A DNA stretch of 64,000 bases. Origin: Escherichia coli (lineage in GTDB: Bacteria; Pseudomonadota; Gammaproteobacteria; Enterobacterales; Enterobacteriaceae). The position numbers and the translations under genes are program-made. The DNA lies in assembly GCF_003334385.1 (NCBI RefSeq), contig NZ_QOWN01000021.1; one strand, written 5' to 3'. Position 1 is the stretch's first letter; every line of letters starts with the position of its first letter. The notes under the pieces were generated by a model that saw nothing but the letters and a program-made list of their open reading frames with translations, did no database searches and was not told the DNA's origin. This document shows, piece after piece, positions 10,019-22,473 of this stretch.

Positions 10019-10447
10019 TTAACGCACAACCAGCACCGGCAGATTGGCGTGGCGGATCACGCTCGAGGCGTTAGAACCTAACAGATGGGTCGAAATCGAT
10101 GGGTTGCGAGAACCAATAACTACAACATCAGCCCCCAGTTCTTCTGCCAACTCATTGACTTCATCCCGCACGCTACCAAAACGGACATGTTGTTTAATGC
10201 GGGAAGGATCGATGGTGAAGTGGCTGACCATCGTTTGCAGACGTTCTTGTGCTTCATGTTGCAGATGCTCTTCAAAACGACGCACATCAGCGGCAAAACG
10301 GTGCAGGCTCAGGCTGGCTGACCCGGGTAGTACGTGAAGTAGATGAATAACTCCGTCATCCTGGGCGAGGAATTCAGCGTGGCGAACAGCTTTGTCGCTC
10401 AATTCCATTTCAAATACATCAACTGGCATAATGATTGTCTTATACAT
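10019..10447 (-). CDS. uspG: Universal stress protein G
   Basis: 142-aa [29 protein letters not shown]..., UspA-family fold, recognised as UspG/YbdQ. Confidence 0.9.
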
Positions 10448-10667
10448 AACCCTTTCTCCCTGTTAATCATGAACAAATCATTCGCCATGATTATAATATT
10501 TATCCCTGATATTTGTCTGGTTCTTTTTCCTTACGAACTGTTTCTGTGATGAATATATTCTCACTGAACACCAGGAATTCTCCCAAAACCTGTGGTACCG
10601 CCCGTTTTCCCGCTGTGATAGCTACCCTTAAAGACTGACTCTTTTTTGAACTGTCTCTGGAGGTTGC

Positions 10668-11906
10668 ATGAAAGCATTGACTTATCACGGCCCACATCAC
10701 GTTCAGGTAGAAAATGTTCCCGATCCGGGCGTTGAACAGGCAGATGATATTATTCTGCGTATTACGGCAACGGCGATCTGTGGCTCTGACCTCCATCTTT
10801 ATCGAGGCAAAATACCTCAGGTTAAACATGGCGATATTTTTGGTCATGAATTTATGGGGGAAGTAGTTGAAACCGGAAAGGACGTAAAAAATTTGCAAAA
10901 AGGCGACCGAGTGGTAATTCCGTTCGTCATTGCTTGTGGCGACTGTTTTTTCTGTCGATTGCAACAATATGCCGCCTGCGAAAATACCAATGCGGGTAAA
11001 GGCGCTGCGCTCAATAAAAAACAGATACCAGCTCCAGCGGCATTGTTTGGTTATAGTCACCTGTATGGCGGCGTTCCTGGTGGGCAGGCGGAATATGTCC
11101 GCGTCCCTAAAGGGAATGTGGGGCCGTTTAAAGTACCGCCTTTGCTTTCAGATGATAAAGCGCTTTTCCTTTCTGATATTCTGCCAACGGCATGGCAGGC
11201 AGCAAAAAATGCGCAGATCCAACAAGGTTCAAGCGTTGCAGTCTATGGTGCTGGTCCTGTGGGATTGTTGACAATCGCCTGTGCACGGTTGCTCGGTGCG
11301 GAACAGATTTTTGTTGTTGATCATCATCCCTACCGCTTGCATTTCGCCGCCGACCGCTACGGCGCGATCCCGATTAATTTTGATGAAGACAGCGATCCGG
11401 CACAGTCAATTATTGAACAAACGGCAGGTCACCGGGGCGTGGATGCAGTAATAGACGCCGTCGGTTTTGAAGCGAAAGGCAGCACCACGGAAACGGTGCT
11501 GACTAACCTGAAACTGGAGGGCAGCAGCGGTAAAGCGTTGCGTCAGTGTATTGCGGCGGTCAGGCGTGGCGGCATTGTTAGCGTACCGGGCGTCTACGCT
11601 GGATTTATTCACGGTTTCCTGTTTGGCGACGCCTTTGATAAAGGGTTGTCGTTTAAAATGGGACAGACCCACGTTCACGCATGGCTGGGAGAATTATTAC
11701 CGTTAATTGAGAAAGGATTACTGAAACCAGAAGAAATTGTTACCCACTATATGCCGTTTGAAGAGGCCGCCCGGGGATATGAGATTTTCGAAAAACGTGA
11801 AGAGGAGTGCCGTAAGGTGATTCTGGTACCCGGTGCACAAAGCGCAGAGGCGGCGCAGAAGGCGGTTTCAGGTCTGGTGAATGCGATGCCGGGGGGAACA
11901 ATATGA
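10668..11906 (+). CDS. ybdR: Zn-dependent alcohol dehydrogenase-family oxidoreductase
   Basis: 412-aa ORF; medium-chain dehydrogenase motifs ([12 protein letters not shown], CGxCxxC, GAGPVG). Confidence 0.9.
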
Positions 11907-11909
11907 TCG

Positions 11910-11999
11910 TCAGGAGTGGTTTTCGAGGTAAAGGACAGCCATGACGATAATCGCCGCCATAATCAGAAATCCTATCAGGATGTAAAATGCTTCTGCCAT
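11910..11999 (-). CDS. Candidate 29-aa single-pass hydrophobic small protein (unannotated to my knowledge)
   Basis: ATG at 11999-11997, stop TGA at 11912-11910; MAEAFYILIGFLIMAAIIVMAVLYLENHS; weak GGGA Shine-Dalgarno 6 nt upstream; downstream of rnk on the same strand. Confidence 0.25.
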   Translation of the reverse strand: MAEAFYILIGFLIMAAIIVMAVLYLENHS

Positions 12000-12136
12000 G
12001 GTTATTCCCACAAACGAAACGGAATAATTTTGCAGCAAAAGTGAACAGTGAGAACCAGGAAAAATTGCTGATTTTGCGTAAAGAGGATGCGAGTGCATCC
12101 TCTGGGCAAAGCGAGTTATCGCTTGTGCAGATGGGA

Positions 12137-12547
12137 TTAAAGCAGGTAGTCGCCAGCAGCTTCTGGCTGGTATTCGAGTTCCAGCACTTCAAGGTGGGTT
12201 GCAACGCCGCCCGGAAGTTCCCAGTGAATGGAATCGCCAACGCGCAGCCCCAGCAGTGCGGCACCTACCGGAGCCATAACGGAAAGCTGAGTATTGCTAT
12301 CGGTCATTTTTGCCGGATACACCAGCGTGCGCACACGCACTTCGCCATCGCTAAGATTGCGGAATTTAACCCGGCTGTTCATTGTCACCACGTCGTGTGG
12401 CATCTCTTCTGGCGAACACATTTGGGCGCGATCCAACTCTGCGTTTAACGCGTCGGCGATTGGCAAACCAGCATAGGCGGGTTGCTCCAGCAGAATATCG
12501 ATGCGTTCGGCATCCAGGTCGTTAATGATGATAGTTGGTCTGGACAT
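12137..12547 (-). CDS. rnk: Regulator of nucleoside diphosphate kinase (GreA/GreB-like)
   Basis: 136-aa [26 protein letters not shown]..., recognised as Rnk. Confidence 0.9.
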
Positions 12548-12776
12548 TTTTACTCCATGTCGTCGGTGCTGCGAGTGTCGCAGATAAACATACCCAAAAG
12601 AAAACCCTCACCGTCAGGCGGCGAGGGTTTAACTCACATGATGATACTGACTGTTGCTCACTCTTTGAAGTGATTTGCGTCACATTCAGGGAATTCCTCA
12701 ATGCAGCGCATTATGTATAAATCTTAATCGCCTTGGTTTATGGAAGACGAATTAGCGTGTTTTGTAAATCAGATGA

Positions 12777-13583
12777 TTAATAACCCGCTTTATCAATCAC
12801 AAAGGTTTTGCCACAGTTACCTGGGTGAGGTTGTGGCAAGAATGAGTTTGCAGAAAGCGGAGCGTTGATGGCGTCAGCTTTGATCGAGATCTGAATTTCA
12901 GTCAAATACGCAGGGTTACCCTGGCACGTTAGCTTAACTGCTTTCACGTTCTCTTTTCCCCAGCTTTTGGCAAAGGCGGCGTCAAAGTCACGGCGGCTCA
13001 CTGTTTTACCGTAATTATCCGCAAGGAATTTTCCGGCTTCGCTCTCTTTAATTTCTTGATTCAGGCGTACCATCGTACCGAAGTATGCGTCCGGATCAAA
13101 ACCAAAGCAGGCACCGTGTTTGGCATATTCGTAGCGTTCCAGGCAGGAACGTCCGCCAGCTCCTGGCATGACTTCACTTAGTTTAGCGGCCGTTTCCAGT
13201 GATAATCCGGTTTCCGGCGATGAACACATTCGGCTGGCGCGCGCTTCTGGTAGATTCGGGATTGGGCGAGTAGCGCAACCGAAGCGCATCCAGCGGCGTT
13301 CATCAACACCACGGGCAGCAACCGATTTAGGCAATCCTGGCCACAGACCATGTACGGTCAGAAAATCAGCTTTGTTGGTCGTTTCGGTTTGCAGGCGACA
13401 TTCATCTCGTTCGTTACGATTTCGATCGTGTTGACTCTGGCAAAATCCGGTTTGCCAGGAGAGGGCCAGGACATAGCGATCAAAATCGCCATACTGTTTT
13501 GCCTGCAACGCTAAGGCGTTGGCAGAAGAGAAGGGAAGCAGAGAAACCGCGAGCAACGCGGCGTTACGCCAGAATGCTTTCAT
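12777..13583 (-). CDS. rna: Periplasmic ribonuclease I (RNase T2 family)
   Basis: Start set at MKAFWRNAALLAVSLLPFSSANA (signal peptide) within ORF 12777-13601; RNase T2 motifs (HGLWP, KHGACF). Confidence 0.9.
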   Translation of the reverse strand: MKAFWRNAALLAVSLLPFSSANALALQAKQYGDFDRYVLALSWQTGFCQSQHDRNRNERDECRLQTETTNKADFLTVHGLWPGLPKSVAARGVDERRWMRFGCATRPIPNLPEARASRMCSSPETGLSLETAAKLSEVMPGAGGRSCLERYEYAKHGACFGFDPDAYFGTMVRLNQEIKESEAGKFLADNYGKTVSRRDFDAAFAKSWGKENVKAVKLTCQGNPAYLTEIQISIKADAINAPLSANSFLPQPHPGNCGKTFVIDKAGY

Positions 13584-13631
13584 AATGGGTGTGGAACTCA
13601 TACATACACTGAATACTATCTATTAAATCAT

Positions 13632-13665
13632 AAAAAAGCCCGCCAGGTGGGCTTACCTGGCGGGC
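13632..13665 (-). terminator. Rho-independent terminator of citT (minus strand)
   Basis: Hairpin gcccgccaggt...acctggcgggc; on the minus strand it is followed by a T-run (plus-strand aaaaaa 13632-13637). Confidence 0.6.
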
Positions 13666-13696
13666 GTGATGATTTATTCAGCGTTTGGCGAACGTA

Positions 13697-15160
13697 TTAG
13701 TTCCACATGGCGAGAATCGGCCAGCCAACCAACAGCAACATAGAGATGTAAATCACCCCGAAGATTGCGCCAAGACGCCAGTAATCTTTTGATTTCACAT
13801 AGCCACAGCCGTAAATAATCACCCCAGGACCGGTTGCATACGGCGTCAGACAGCCCATGATACCGATAGACAGCACCAGCAGGATACACAGTTGTTCCAT
13901 TGGTACGCCCGGAATACCTTTACCGACGGCCAGAATAACCGGCAGCATGGTTGCGGTGTGCGCAGACAGGCTGGCAAACAGGTAGTGTGCAAAGTAGAAC
14001 ACCAGAACCAGTACAATCACCGTTGCGTTTGGTGAGAATCCTTCCAGGTGCGTACTCATGGTACCGGCGAACCAGTCAATAAAACCAGAACGAGTCAGGC
14101 CGTTAGCCATCACAACCAGAGTTGCCAGGTTGACCAGTGTGTTCCATGCGCTGTTATAGCGGGTAATGTCTTTCCAAGGCACAACGTGCAGGGCCAGCAT
14201 TAGCGAAACTGCCAGCAGACCAACCGCAGTAGCATTAATGACTTCACTGCCAAATACCCACAAACCTAAGCTGAGCAATACAAGGCCAATCAGTGTCCAC
14301 TCTCTGCGTGTCAGCGCACCCATGGTTTTCAGTTCATCACCCGCCCAGGTTGCCACTTCTTCACTGTGTGTGATTTCCGGTTTGTACAGCACGTAGGAAA
14401 GCCACGGCGCAATGATAAGCAAGATAACCCCAACCGGCAGGAAGCAGAGGAACCACTGCAACCAGCTAATCTGGATACCGGCAATTTTGCTGACGAACTC
14501 CAGACCCAGCACGTTTGGTGCCGCACCGGTGACAAACATGGACGAACTCAGACTGGTACTAATGACCATCATCCACATCAAATAGCCGCCAATACGACGC
14601 GCGGACGGATCGTTCGGGAATGATTTAAACAACGGCGGCAGGTTTTTAATGACCGGAAAAACCGTACCCCCGGTACGCGCGGTGTTGGAAGGTGTAAACG
14701 GTGCCAGCAGAATGTCGATAATGACAATCGCATAACCCAACGTCAGCGTGCGTTTGCCCATGAATTTCACCAGGAAAAGGGCAATGCGACGACCTAACCC
14801 GGAAACTTCATACCCTAATGCAAAAATAAATGCGCCAAATACCAGCCATACCGTGGTGCTGGAAAAACCAGCCAGGCCCCATTTCAGCGCCTGTTTTTGC
14901 GCATTAAACGCTGGGTCAGCTAATTCTTTGGCATCAAAGAGCAGGTAATTACTGCCAATAACGCAAATAGTAACCGCAATAAAACTGATCGCTGTTGCCG
15001 GAATTGGCTCGAGGATCATGCCGACAATCATTGCCACAAACACAGCGAAGTAATGCCATGCCTGCGGCGGCATACCGTCGGGGACAGGGATAAGAAACAT
15101 GACACCCATCACCACCAGTGGGGCCAATAGTTTCCATATATTATCTTTTGCTAAAGACAT
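13697..15160 (-). CDS. citT: Citrate:succinate antiporter (DASS family)
   Basis: 487-aa polytopic membrane ORF; located directly downstream of citG on the same strand. Confidence 0.9.
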   Translation of the reverse strand: MSLAKDNIWKLLAPLVVMGVMFLIPVPDGMPPQAWHYFAVFVAMIVGMILEPIPATAISFIAVTICVIGSNYLLFDAKELADPAFNAQKQALKWGLAGFSSTTVWLVFGAFIFALGYEVSGLGRRIALFLVKFMGKRTLTLGYAIVIIDILLAPFTPSNTARTGGTVFPVIKNLPPLFKSFPNDPSARRIGGYLMWMMVISTSLSSSMFVTGAAPNVLGLEFVSKIAGIQISWLQWFLCFLPVGVILLIIAPWLSYVLYKPEITHSEEVATWAGDELKTMGALTRREWTLIGLVLLSLGLWVFGSEVINATAVGLLAVSLMLALHVVPWKDITRYNSAWNTLVNLATLVVMANGLTRSGFIDWFAGTMSTHLEGFSPNATVIVLVLVFYFAHYLFASLSAHTATMLPVILAVGKGIPGVPMEQLCILLVLSIGIMGCLTPYATGPGVIIYGCGYVKSKDYWRLGAIFGVIYISMLLLVGWPILAMWN

Positions 15161-15210
15161 ACGGGTTCTCCGAAAATTAATATTTCCAAATTTATCAAGT
15201 GCTTAAATAA

Positions 15211-16615
<1,405 letters not shown>

Positions 16616-16618
16616 GGC

Positions 16619-18151
16619 TTATTCCTTCACCTGATGCACAACATCGATCACCGAGCCATCGCGGTAACGCACAACGGCAACGACGCGGTCTGTGAATTCA
16701 ATCGGCTGTGGTTCACCGGTCAGCAGACGCGCACGTTCGCGCAGCCACTCAATGGAAACCACTTTAATGCCCGCTTCCTGCAGACGTTCTGCCAGTTCCG
16801 GACGTGCCGGGTTAACTGCGATACCGTGGTCTGTGACCAGAATATCGACACTGGAGCCTGGGGTGATGCAGGTCAGTACGTTATCCACCAGAGTCGGAAT
16901 ACGACCGCGTACCAGCGGCGCGACGATGATGGAAAGCGCAGAGGCAATCGCGGTATCGCAGTGACCACCGGAAGCACCACGCAGTACGCCGTCAGAGCCG
17001 GTCAGCACGTTAACGTTGAACTGGGTGTCAATTTCCAGCGCGCTCAGTACCACCACGTCGAGACGATCAACCGATGCGCCTTTCGAACCCCAGTTAGCGT
17101 ACTGGTTGGCGCTGATTTCGATGTGATTGGGGTTACGGGCCAGCGATTGCGCAGCATGGCTGTCAAAGCTCTGCACATCCAGCAGTTTGCGGATCAGACC
17201 TTTTTCGTGCAGGTCAACCATCGTCGCGGTAATACCGCCAAGGGCGAAGTCGGCGCGAATATCGCGGCTACGCATTTTGTCTTCCAGGAAACGGGTTACC
17301 GCCAGCGATGCGCCGCCGGTGCCGGTTTGCATGGAGAAACCTTCTTTGAAGTAGCCAGAGTTGACAATCACATCCGCAGCGCTACGGGCAATAAGCAGTT
17401 CGCGCGGGTTAGTGGTCATACGGGTCGCGCCAGCGCCGATTTTTGCAGCATCGCCAACGCGGTCAACTTTGACGATCAAATCAACCTGATCTTGCTCAAT
17501 GCTTGCCGGATTATGCGGATAAGGCAGCAGTTCTTCGGTAAGCATCACGACCTGTTTTGCGTTGTCGGCATCAACCATTGCATAGCCGAGGGAGCCGCAG
17601 CAGGCTTTACCGGTGTAGCCGTTGGCATTACCGAATTCATCACAGGACGGGACGCCGAGGAAAGCCACGTCGATATTCAGTTCGCCGCTCTGTACCAGAT
17701 GCACACGACCGCCGTGAGAGTGGATCTGCACCGGTTCTGCCAGCAGACCACGGGAGATCTCTTCCGCCAGTGGACCACGCAGGCCGGAGGTATAAATGCG
17801 GGTAACCACGCCCTGGCGAATGTGTTCTACCAGCGGCGCATGGCAATCACTCAGGGAGCTGGACGCCAGGGTCAGGTTTTTAAAGCCCATCTTCGCGATG
17901 ACGTCCATCACCATATTGACGGTCAGGTCACCGCCACGGAAAGCGTGATGGAAGGAAACCGTCATGCCGTCCTGTAAACCAGAGCGACGAATCGCTTCTT
18001 CCAGGTTGGCGCACAGTTTGCGATCGCGCGCTTTTTCAGCCTGGTAGGTTTGCTTTGGCGAGTTCTGGAAAGCGGCAAGATCGCATTCAGCGCGACGATT
18101 CCAGGCCGCTACCCGTTCTTGTCGTTGAGATTGTTCAATTTTCTGCGTCAT
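16619..18151 (-). CDS. citF: Citrate lyase alpha subunit (citrate CoA-transferase)
   Basis: Start set at MTQKIEQSQRQERVAAW within ORF 16619-18193. Confidence 0.9.
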   Translation of the reverse strand: MTQKIEQSQRQERVAAWNRRAECDLAAFQNSPKQTYQAEKARDRKLCANLEEAIRRSGLQDGMTVSFHHAFRGGDLTVNMVMDVIAKMGFKNLTLASSSLSDCHAPLVEHIRQGVVTRIYTSGLRGPLAEEISRGLLAEPVQIHSHGGRVHLVQSGELNIDVAFLGVPSCDEFGNANGYTGKACCGSLGYAMVDADNAKQVVMLTEELLPYPHNPASIEQDQVDLIVKVDRVGDAAKIGAGATRMTTNPRELLIARSAADVIVNSGYFKEGFSMQTGTGGASLAVTRFLEDKMRSRDIRADFALGGITATMVDLHEKGLIRKLLDVQSFDSHAAQSLARNPNHIEISANQYANWGSKGASVDRLDVVVLSALEIDTQFNVNVLTGSDGVLRGASGGHCDTAIASALSIIVAPLVRGRIPTLVDNVLTCITPGSSVDILVTDHGIAVNPARPELAERLQEAGIKVVSIEWLRERARLLTGEPQPIEFTDRVVAVVRYRDGSVIDVVHQVKE

Positions 18152-18161
18152 TTTGATTGCC

Positions 18162-19070
18162 TTATTCTTCGCGGATGCCGGAAAGTTCTGCACGGGAGAG
18201 CACCAGACGGGCGCGATCGATAACCGGACCGTCCACCATCTTGCCGTTCAGGGAAACCACGCCGAGGCCTTCGCGAGCGGCGGCTTCAGCGGCTTCTACG
18301 ACGCGGCGGGCGTGATCCACTTCTTTCTGGGTCGGTGCGTAGAGGTTGTGCAGCAGATCAATCTGACGCGGGTTGATCAGCGATTTGCCGTCAAAGCCCA
18401 GCTGTTTGATGTGGGCGGCTTCTTGCAGAAATCCGGCTTCGTTGTTAGCGTCGGAATAGACGGTATCGAACGCCTGAATACCCGCAGAGCGCGCGGCCTG
18501 CAAAATGGAACAGCGTGCGAACAGCAGTTCAGTTCCTTCCGGGGAGCGTTCTGTACGCAGGTTGCGCACATAGTCTTCTGCACCGAGGGCGATACCGATC
18601 AAACGCTCGGAAGCGTGAGCGATTTCCACTGCGCGGGTAATCCCCAGCGGAGATTCAATCGCCGCCAGCAGGCCGGTGCTGCCGGGTTCACGACCACAGG
18701 CTTTTTCGATACGCAGGATCTCTTTTTCAATATCCAGAACATCCTGAGCGGTATCGGTTTTCGGCAGACGCACAACGTCCGCACCACCGCGAACGACGGC
18801 TTCCAGGTCGTTAACACCCCATTCGGAATCCAGCGCGTTGACACGCACAATGGTTTCAATATCGCGATACAGCGGATGTTGCAGCGCGTGGTAAACCATG
18901 CGGCGGGCGGTGTCTTTTTCACGCAATGCTACGGAGTCTTCGAGGTCAAACATCAGGGCATCAGCCGGGTAGATGAAGGAGTTGCTGACCATCGCGGCAT
19001 TGGCACCAGGCACAAACAACATGCTGCGGCGGGTGCGAGTTTTACGTTGTTGCAGCGAAGCGGAAATCAT
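18162..19070 (-). CDS. citE: Citrate lyase beta subunit (citryl-CoA lyase)
   Basis: Start set at [24 protein letters not shown] within ORF 18162-19085. Confidence 0.9.
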
Positions 19071-19363
19071 TGGCAATCCTCCCATGGCAGAGCCGGGATA
19101 CCGCTGGCGCGTGCCAGCAGGGCTTCCAGTCGTGCACGTAAAATGCAGTCCAGTGCGCCTTTGTCATCGACATTCAGCTGTACGCCGCGCACGTTGTAGC
19201 GGGCGAGAACGTCCAGAATGGTGGTGCGAATTGCATCGCCAAACTGTTTCTCAACGCTGCTATTGATTTGCAGGTCGATATCCTGCGTATCGAGTGGGGC
19301 GATGCGTATCATCACATCCCCAGACTCAAGGGTGCCTGCAACGGCGGGCTGGTTTATTTTCAT
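19067..19363 (-). CDS. citD: Citrate lyase acyl carrier protein (gamma subunit)
   Basis: 98-aa [26 protein letters not shown]...; 4-bp overlap with citE. Confidence 0.9.
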
Positions 19364-19377
19364 TTTTCACCTGTTTC

Positions 19378-20436
19378 TCATGCGGGGGTCTTTTGACGAG
19401 CTGCCGCGTCCTGGCGGGAGTGCTCAAGCAGGTTCTGCAAATAATGCAGCGTGACTGCAGGGACCAGCGGCGCGATAGCCGTGAGATCGTTTTTCGCCAG
19501 CAGTTGACGTACCCGGGAAGCGGATATCGGCATCTCCTGGTAACGCAGCCGCTCAATTTCAACCAGTTCGATGGGCGGTGCGGAGATAGTCGGCGTTTCC
19601 AGCCAGTAGCGCATATCCTGGTTGTACTGGGCGGTAACGCGACAAAAGGGTTCAGTACCGACAAAGCGGTGAGTTACACCCAGCGCGGGAGCGAGGTACT
19701 GACGGAAAATCTTCAGATCAATTTCGGTGTAACAATGGTTAATGACGCTCTGTTCTTTAATGAAGTAGCAAGGGAACGTAGCGCGGGAGATGATGTATTC
19801 GGAGCCACGATGCACAGTCAGGCGTGGAATATCGGCGGTGCCTTTTAACACCAAATCCAGCCGGTCTTCATAGGGGAAGCGTGAAGAATCTTCTTTGACT
19901 AAAAACAGATGCAACCAGTCGCACTGTGCCGCAGCCTGTTGAATCAGATAACGGTGACCATTCGTAAAGGGATTGGCGTTCATCACAATGCAGCCAATCT
20001 TGTTCCCTGGATGACGAAATTTTTTCAGCGATTCGGCATAGCGTTTCAGTCGCGTGGCGCTGTTTTCCATCAGCACCATCACGCCGGGTACGCTGGTCAG
20101 CGTGGAAAAACCGCACTGGCGGAACAGCGCCTCGTATTCGGTTTTGGTATAAATAAACAGATGCGTGCTGTGCCGCTCATAGGCGAGGTTTATCAATTCA
20201 GTGGCTAATGTCAGCGCCAGTCCTTCACCGCGGACGGATTCACTGATAGCAACGCATTTAATAATATTTCCGGCAATTCCACCGCACGCGATAAGCTTTT
20301 CATCGCGGGTTACGGTAATAAATACTTCGACTGTGGTGTCAACGCTCAAATCATTTTCATGCAGGAATTGGGCGATTTCCGCCATTTTTTTATTTTCTGA
20401 ACGTTTTACGCGGGTGAAAATATCATTGCCGAACAT
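19378..20436 (-). CDS. citC: [Citrate (pro-3S)-lyase] ligase
   Basis: ORF 19378-20523; start most likely at MFGNDIFTRVKRSENKK (352 aa), the longer 381-aa start is also possible. Confidence 0.85.
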   Translation of the reverse strand: MFGNDIFTRVKRSENKKMAEIAQFLHENDLSVDTTVEVFITVTRDEKLIACGGIAGNIIKCVAISESVRGEGLALTLATELINLAYERHSTHLFIYTKTEYEALFRQCGFSTLTSVPGVMVLMENSATRLKRYAESLKKFRHPGNKIGCIVMNANPFTNGHRYLIQQAAAQCDWLHLFLVKEDSSRFPYEDRLDLVLKGTADIPRLTVHRGSEYIISRATFPCYFIKEQSVINHCYTEIDLKIFRQYLAPALGVTHRFVGTEPFCRVTAQYNQDMRYWLETPTISAPPIELVEIERLRYQEMPISASRVRQLLAKNDLTAIAPLVPAVTLHYLQNLLEHSRQDAAARQKTPA

Positions 20437-20814
20437 AATAAATAGTATCCTGAAGGTGCATGTTGTTATCGATTTGCAACGAATGTTGTTCAATGTTGCA
20501 AACTGATAACCTTTTATTTTCACTTGGGAGAAAGGGGGTGATCGAGGTATATCTTTTTCTCCTTTCGCTATACATCCTAAGGAGTATTTCGGCGTGAAAT
20601 TTTGATTTATTTCACATAGAGTTAGTGGTTTTTTATTTATTTAATGATTTTAAGTTTTTTAATTAATGTAATTACGAAATGACTCGCAGGTTTAAGTGAT
20701 TTAATTGATTTAATGAATAAAATTTGCCACGATCATAATTAATATCTATGTATTTTGATTCAACATTTTAATTACATCCGTCAAAGAGGCTCGGGACAAC
20801 CCGCAAGGAAAACA
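20437..20814. promoter_or_regulatory. AT-rich divergent citC/dpiB control region with short direct repeats
   Basis: About 378 bp of very AT-rich DNA with repeated gatttaat/tttatttaatgatt motifs between divergent operons; DpiA (CitB) regulation of citC is established knowledge. Confidence 0.5.
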
Positions 20815-22473
20815 ATGTTGCAGCTTAACGAGAATAAACAGTTTGCATTTTTCCAAAGACTGGCATTTCCGCTGCGTATCTTTTTGCTGATTCTGGTGTT
20901 CTCAATATTTGTCATTGCAGCCCTGGCGCAATATTTTACGGCCAGTTTTGAGGACTATTTAACGCTTCATGTACGCGACATGGCAATGAATCAGGCGAAA
21001 ATTATTGCCTCCAATGACAGTGTCATCTCTGCGGTGAAAACGCGTGACTACAAACGGCTGGCGACCATCGCTAACAAATTACAAAGAGATACCGATTTTG
21101 ATTATGTGGTGATTGGGGACCGGCACTCGATCCGCCTTTACCATCCTAATCCGGAGAAAATTGGTTATCCTATGCAGTTCACCAAACAGGGCGCGCTGGA
21201 GAAAGGGGAGAGCTACTTCATTACCGGGAAAGGGTCAATGGGGATGGCGATGCGCGCCAAAACGCCAATCTTTGATGACGATGGAAAAGTCATCGGCGTG
21301 GTGTCGATTGGCTACCTGGTGAGTAAAATCGATAGCTGGCGGGCTGAGTTTTTATTACCGATGGCAGGTGTGTTTGTCGTGCTGTTAGGGATTCTGATGT
21401 TGCTGTCGTGGTTCCTGGCCGCGCATATCCGTCGGCAGATGATGGGCATGGAGCCAAAGCAAATCGCACGCGTGGTCCGTCAGCAAGAGGCGCTGTTTAG
21501 TTCGGTTTATGAAGGGCTGATTGCGGTGGATCCGCATGGTTACATTACCGCCATCAATCGTAACGCAAGAAAGATGCTGGGGCTGAGTTCCCCCGGACGG
21601 CAATGGTTGGGTAAACCCATTGTTGAAGTGGTCAGGCCCGCCGATTTCTTTACCGAACAGATTGATGAAAAACGTCAGGATGTGGTGGCGAACTTTAACG
21701 GTCTGAGCGTTATTGCCAACCGGGAAGCTATTCGTTCAGGTGATGATTTGCTGGGGGCCATTATCAGCTTTCGTAGTAAAGACGAAATTTCCACCCTCAA
21801 TGCGCAACTGACGCAAATAAAACAATACGTTGAGAGCCTTCGTACATTGCGACACGAGCATCTCAATTGGATGTCGACGCTCAATGGTCTGTTGCAGATG
21901 AAAGAGTATGATCGCGTGCTGGCGATGGTGCAGGGGGAGTCTCAGGCCCAGCAACAGCTTATTGACAGCCTGCGCGAGGCGTTTGCCGATCGCCAGGTGG
22001 CGGGGCTGCTTTTTGGTAAAGTGCAGCGCGCCCGGGAACTGGGGCTAAAAATGATCATTGTCCCCGGTAGCCAGCTTTCGCAACTGCCGCCAGGACTGGA
22101 TAGCACCGAGTTTGCAGCCATTGTGGGCAATTTACTTGATAACGCCTTCGAAGCCAGCCTGCGTAGCGATGAAGGAAACAAGATCGTTGAATTATTCCTC
22201 AGCGATGAAGGCGATGATGTGGTGATTGAAGTCGCCGATCAGGGCTGCGGCGTTCCAGAGTCTCTACGAGACAAAATATTTGAGCAGGGGGTCAGTACGC
22301 GTGCTGACGAGCCCGGTGAACATGGCATTGGGTTGTACTTGATTGCCAGCTACGTAACGCGCTGCGGTGGTGTTATCACTCTCGAAGATAATGATCCCTG
22401 CGGTACCTTATTTTCAATCTATATTCCGAAAGTGAAACCTAATGACAGCTCCATTAACCCTATTGATCGTTGA
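20815..22473 (+). CDS. dpiB: Sensor histidine kinase DpiB (CitA), citrate-sensing
   Basis: Start set at MLQLNENKQFAFFQRL within ORF 20755-22473; two transmembrane segments flanking a periplasmic domain, HATPase motifs (DQGCGVPE, GIGLYL). Confidence 0.9.
   Translation: MLQLNENKQFAFFQRLAFPLRIFLLILVFSIFVIAALAQYFTASFEDYLTLHVRDMAMNQAKIIASNDSVISAVKTRDYKRLATIANKLQRDTDFDYVVIGDRHSIRLYHPNPEKIGYPMQFTKQGALEKGESYFITGKGSMGMAMRAKTPIFDDDGKVIGVVSIGYLVSKIDSWRAEFLLPMAGVFVVLLGILMLLSWFLAAHIRRQMMGMEPKQIARVVRQQEALFSSVYEGLIAVDPHGYITAINRNARKMLGLSSPGRQWLGKPIVEVVRPADFFTEQIDEKRQDVVANFNGLSVIANREAIRSGDDLLGAIISFRSKDEISTLNAQLTQIKQYVESLRTLRHEHLNWMSTLNGLLQMKEYDRVLAMVQGESQAQQQLIDSLREAFADRQVAGLLFGKVQRARELGLKMIIVPGSQLSQLPPGLDSTEFAAIVGNLLDNAFEASLRSDEGNKIVELFLSDEGDDVVIEVADQGCGVPESLRDKIFEQGVSTRADEPGEHGIGLYLIASYVTRCGGVITLEDNDPCGTLFSIYIPKVKPNDSSINPIDR

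Noticed and set aside
10500-11060. 186-aa minus-strand ORF overlapping the uspG-ybdR spacer and the 5' end of ybdR
   Set aside because: It overlaps the start of ybdR, has no recognisable domain or ribosome-binding site, and runs through an AT-rich promoter region.
12482-12720. Small plus-strand ORFs (63 and 61 aa) in the rnk-rna spacer
   Set aside because: They overlap the rnk 5' end and promoter region, lack a Shine-Dalgarno and have arbitrary composition.
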